A DNA stretch of 64,000 nucleotides from Methanomassiliicoccaceae archaeon. GTDB lineage: Archaea > Thermoplasmatota > Thermoplasmata > Methanomassiliicoccales > Methanomassiliicoccaceae. The stretch covers positions 736,001 through 800,000 of the forward strand of contig JAXGZN010000002.1 of NCBI GenBank assembly GCA_040776945.1. The letters run 5' to 3'. Shown here one piece after another: positions 60,754 through 64,000 of the stretch. Position numbers and translations under genes: made by a program. Position 1 is the stretch's first letter. Each line of letters opens with the position of its first letter. Below the pieces are notes generated by a model. That model saw nothing but the letters and a program-made list of their open reading frames with translations. It did no database searches and had not been told where the DNA came from.

Positions 60754-61206
60754 TTGATGTCCATACCTGAATCGTTGAACAAGGAGCATCTTCATCTGCA
60801 CGAGGTTCTGAAGAGAGCGGTGAAGGAGGAGGGGGCCCTCGGAGAGGCGGCCCGAGCGCTTATGGATGTGCTTCACCCTCACTTCGAGAAGGAGCAGGAG
60901 ATCGCGCTGCCTCCATTGGGCATGCTCACTCTTTCCGATGATGTGCCAAAGGGCGATATCGAAGGGGTCATCGCCCTCACCGATCGTTTCCGCCAGGAAC
61001 TGCCACGGATGCTAGAAGAGCATGTGGCCATCACTGAAAGGCTTGAAGCCTTGTCGCGGGAGGCGAGGAAGGTGGAGAAGGCCGAATACTCCGACTTCGC
61101 CGAGAGCCTGCGCCACCATGCCAAGATCGAAGAGGAGGTAATGTACCCCGCCTCGCTGCTCGTCGGATCGTACCTGCGGCTTTGGAGATCGGGCAAGAAG
61201 AGCTAA
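60754..61206 (+). CDS. Hemerythrin-like protein
   Basis: EH, HPHFEKEQ, EEH, HHAKIEEEVMYP. Confidence 0.8.
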   Translation: MMSIPESLNKEHLHLHEVLKRAVKEEGALGEAARALMDVLHPHFEKEQEIALPPLGMLTLSDDVPKGDIEGVIALTDRFRQELPRMLEEHVAITERLEALSREARKVEKAEYSDFAESLRHHAKIEEEVMYPASLLVGSYLRLWRSGKKS

Positions 61207-61733
61207 TCCCGAGGGTCCTCGACCGGTAGGTCCTCAGCGTTCTCCATGGCCTTCTTGCGGGCCCTCTTTGGCCGCTCGGAGGTGTTTGGGAACCTGGACA
61301 CCACAATATAGGCCCCTGCCCTCCTCTCATCACTGTAGTCCTTTGACATGGTCATCGAGATGACCTGACAATCATCAGTGAACAGAATTCCGGTCAGAGC
61401 ATCGTTGACCGCCCGGACCAGCTTGTCTATGTCCGGCTTGACCGTGGGGCGCTTGCGCCGGTGCTCGGGGACCGAGGGCGGGCGGGATAGCACGAAGTCC
61501 ACCTCTACCGAATAGGCCGAACCGCTGTCGCACTTCCAATCCCGGCCTTCAAGCGCCCTCTGAGCCTCGGTGGCCACTCGGCTTCGCCAGGCCTGCAGCC
61601 CCTTCTTGTTCTGATGAGTGGTCACCGTCCGGTCCAGGGCCTTGATGTAGTACGCCCTAGTGCTCCCCTCTGGAGTGGGCTCTCCCAGGACGGTGAACGC
61701 AATTATCTCCGCCGGATTGTCCAAATTCCTCAC
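61203..61733 (-). CDS. rusA: RusA-family Holliday junction resolvase
   Basis: GEPTPEGS, KPDIDKLVRAVNDALTG, DDCQV. Confidence 0.88.
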   Translation of the reverse strand: MRNLDNPAEIIAFTVLGEPTPEGSTRAYYIKALDRTVTTHQNKKGLQAWRSRVATEAQRALEGRDWKCDSGSAYSVEVDFVLSRPPSVPEHRRKRPTVKPDIDKLVRAVNDALTGILFTDDCQVISMTMSKDYSDERRAGAYIVVSRFPNTSERPKRARKKAMENAEDLPVEDPRD

Positions 61734-61947
61734 CTGATCATCTTCCTGGGCATGGATACCGAGCTAGGCTCATGGCAGAACTGACGCAATATATGGTCCG
61801 ATGCGTCGCCCGGCCGAAAGTGCAAGGCCCATCCTGGCCCGGTGCATGGACCTATCGGCCATAATAGTTCTTCCCCGGGTTCGATAAAAGTGAAATATCC
61901 CGGCCGGCTATGGCCTGAGGAAACGGGAGGATAGGGCAGGAGGGAAA

Positions 61948-63156
61948 ATGACCAGCGATGGTGATCGTAATGACAAACGGTCTTTCCTGCACTCCGCAGA
62001 CCACCGCCAAAGGCTGGTCGCAATAGCTCTCGTGGCCATGCTGGCCTATGGTTCAATGATCGCGATCGATGGCCTGGTGATGAGGGAATGGCTGGACACG
62101 TCGTTCGGCCCGACCCCGGACCTGCATATCTATCAGGAGAGGGCCGGCCTCATCCTGAACGGCGGTATCATCTACCGCGACCTGGACATCGAGTCGCCCC
62201 CCTTGATCAACTATCTCCTGCTTCCACCCCAGATGATAGGAGGAGAATGGTGGGCCTATGAGGCGTACTTCTCGTTCTTTGTGCTCCTGACCGCCATTTC
62301 GATGTACCTTGTGATGCGCAGGTGGGACGGATACCGGGCAACCTTGGCCTCGCTTCTCGTCCTACTCTGTCCGTTCGCTCTGCAGGATGCCACATGGGGG
62401 GTCCAGGACGAGCCCATGGTGGCGTTCTTCTACCTACTGCCGGTGCTCCTCTTCCTCAGCGGCAAGAAGGGAGCGGCCGCCGTGGCCGCGGCCACAGGGT
62501 TCTGGACCAAGTTCCTTCCGGTGATCGTCTACCCTGACATCCTGCTTATGCTGAGGGGTCGCCGCGATGCCATGATGAACGTTATCATCGCCGTCGTCAC
62601 CTCGGCCCTCATAGCCCTTCCGTTCCTTCTCCTGTGCCCCATCGAGTTCCTCGGATTTCCGTCCTATTATCTGCTGGGACGCAGCGGAGAGGGGAGCGCC
62701 GGAATGTCGTTGATCAATCTCCTCGGGCAGGGCGGGTTCCAGCTTCCCGGGACGGTCGGGGCCGCGCTCACCGTGGGGGCGCTGCTGCTCTCCTACTACC
62801 TAATCCACCGGTGGGAGCTGGACATCTGGCGGGGAGCTATGCTCACCACCGTGATGTTCCTGTCCGTATACCCCATGATCCGTCTGGGCTACTTCATCTT
62901 CCCTTTTGCCTTCTTCGCGGTGTGGGCGGTGAACGACCGCGGCATACTGCTCCGCCTGGCCCCCATGTACGTCACCCTGTTGTTGGGCCAAGGACTGGAG
63001 TCCAACGAGCAGTGGCTGGGCCCCGCGTACTCGTGGGCTTTGGGAGCTGTGCTGGTGCTCGCCGGCACCCTGATCATGCTTGACATCGCCCGCCTGTGCC
63101 TGAAAAGAAGATGCTTCTTGGACGGCGCTGCGCGAGAGGGGCCCTCATCAGCCTAG
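61948..63156 (+). CDS. Polytopic GT-C (GT87-like) glycosyltransferase
   Basis: IYRDLDIESPP, QDE, TKFLP; ~10 TM. Confidence 0.7.
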   Translation: MTSDGDRNDKRSFLHSADHRQRLVAIALVAMLAYGSMIAIDGLVMREWLDTSFGPTPDLHIYQERAGLILNGGIIYRDLDIESPPLINYLLLPPQMIGGEWWAYEAYFSFFVLLTAISMYLVMRRWDGYRATLASLLVLLCPFALQDATWGVQDEPMVAFFYLLPVLLFLSGKKGAAAVAAATGFWTKFLPVIVYPDILLMLRGRRDAMMNVIIAVVTSALIALPFLLLCPIEFLGFPSYYLLGRSGEGSAGMSLINLLGQGGFQLPGTVGAALTVGALLLSYYLIHRWELDIWRGAMLTTVMFLSVYPMIRLGYFIFPFAFFAVWAVNDRGILLRLAPMYVTLLLGQGLESNEQWLGPAYSWALGAVLVLAGTLIMLDIARLCLKRRCFLDGAAREGPSSA

Positions 63157-63290
63157 AAGGTCTCATCATCTCCAGGCGGATCTGCTGACCCTCTTGTCAT
63201 CACCAGGGCCCCTCCCGCCAACGGTTACGCCTTGGCCCTATATCTCGATGATGGGAAACTTGAACTACTTTTAGAGCGCAAATCAGAGCG

Positions 63291-63536
63291 ATGCCGAGCG
63301 CCATCGTGCTCATCAACTGCGAGGTGGGCAAGGAAGGGGACATCATCAACAGCCTATGCGCTGTTGAAGGCGTGGAGAGGGCCTACCTCGTCTATGGCGT
63401 GTATGATATCGTCGTCCTGATCACCTCGCCCACGATGGAGGGGCTGGAGAGCACCCTCATGGCCAAGGTGAGGGCCCTCCCGGGGGTGAGGAGCACCATG
63501 ACCCTCATGATCAGCCGTGACTGCACCATAGGCTGA
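63291..63536 (+). CDS. Stand-alone Lrp/AsnC ligand-binding domain
   Basis: AIVLINCEVG, VYGVYDIV, VRALPGVRSTMTL. Confidence 0.88.
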   Translation: MPSAIVLINCEVGKEGDIINSLCAVEGVERAYLVYGVYDIVVLITSPTMEGLESTLMAKVRALPGVRSTMTLMISRDCTIG

Positions 63537-63564
63537 CAACGTTTTTTTCCACAATATACATGAA

Positions 63565-64000
63565 GTGAACGTGGACGGTCCCGGGGATGAGCGTAAGGGG
63601 AAGCTTGCCGGAGGGTTCCGCGAGAAGTTCCTGAGCGACCGCTCGGTCCAGTTCAGGCTCGCCGGGACCCTCGTCGGCCTGCTGTCCGTGGCCCTGCCGT
63701 GGGGGAGCATCATCGTCAGGGATCACTCCACTCATGCCACCGTGTCCCTCACCAGCGTCTGGTTCCCCGACCTGATCATGTCGTCTGCCCTGCTGGTCAG
63801 CGCGGCATCCCTACTTTTCATCGCCGCGACCGTCGCGGCGCTCCTGGATGCGAGGGCGGTGATCGTCCAGATGCTCGCCCTGGCGACCATGTTCATCACC
63901 ATGCCGGGACCGCTGGGTGATATCGCTGCCGCGCTGGCGCCGTCGCTGCCCGAGGGGACCCTGTCGACGACGATCGCTATGGGCTTCTACCTCGGAGCGT
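63565..64000 (+). CDS. Membrane protein, partial (runs off the right edge)
   Basis: Open frame from GTG 63565/63571 with hydrophobic segments (LAGTLVGLLSVALPWG...). Confidence 0.6.
   Translation, partial: MNVDGPGDERKGKLAGGFREKFLSDRSVQFRLAGTLVGLLSVALPWGSIIVRDHSTHATVSLTSVWFPDLIMSSALLVSAASLLFIAATVAALLDARAVIVQMLALATMFITMPGPLGDIAAALAPSLPEGTLSTTIAMGFYLGA

Noticed and set aside
1-64000. CRISPR array or cas genes
   Set aside because: No regularly spaced direct repeats or Cas motifs seen
1-64000. Complete reassignment of TAG to pyrrolysine
   Set aside because: Several full-length host genes (kinase 20969, response regulator 29448, larE 47300, glycosyltransferase 63156) end at TAG at their expected C-termini; only the 7249 amber has positive read-through evidence

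Overview
Archaeal chromosomal window, GC-rich. The lineage is inferred to be Thermoplasmata, probably Methanomassiliicoccales-like, from the thermosome, archaeal DnaG, Nre, FBP aldolase/phosphatase, archaeal-type AspRS and an intron-containing tRNA-Ser. The first ~16.7 kb looks like an integrated virus/plasmid-like element that runs off the left edge. It has two minus-strand operons of tightly coupled small genes (four-finger Zn protein, stand-alone integrase core-binding-like domain, wHTH, Cys-rich and TM microproteins) and a wHTH plus Rep_trans-like initiator split by one in-frame TAA. Between these operons lies an AT-richer cargo block. It holds an array of divergent membrane proteins sharing a PH-like domain (7 domain copies; one gene is continuous only through an in-frame amber codon, a pyrrolysine candidate), an IS1634-family element, a small-ORF/GNAT toxin-antitoxin-like pair whose GNAT frame has no start codon but begins at an A-AAA-AAA slippery site, and a HEPN-like protein. 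The rest (~17-64 kb) is mostly host genes: signalling kinases, ArsA, rubredoxin, hemerythrins, PaaK, FluC, proline dehydrogenase, a tandem pair of short serine recombinases beside an OB-fold gene, thermosome, an Nre/radical SAM/PolX repair cluster (PolX with both active sites degenerate), LarB/LarE, DnaG, a protease-less Lon ATPase, PLD, TpiA, Fbp, AspS and RusA. A dif-like 28-bp site and two long structured leaders were also noticed. All family assignments are from motif recognition by eye, with no database searches.
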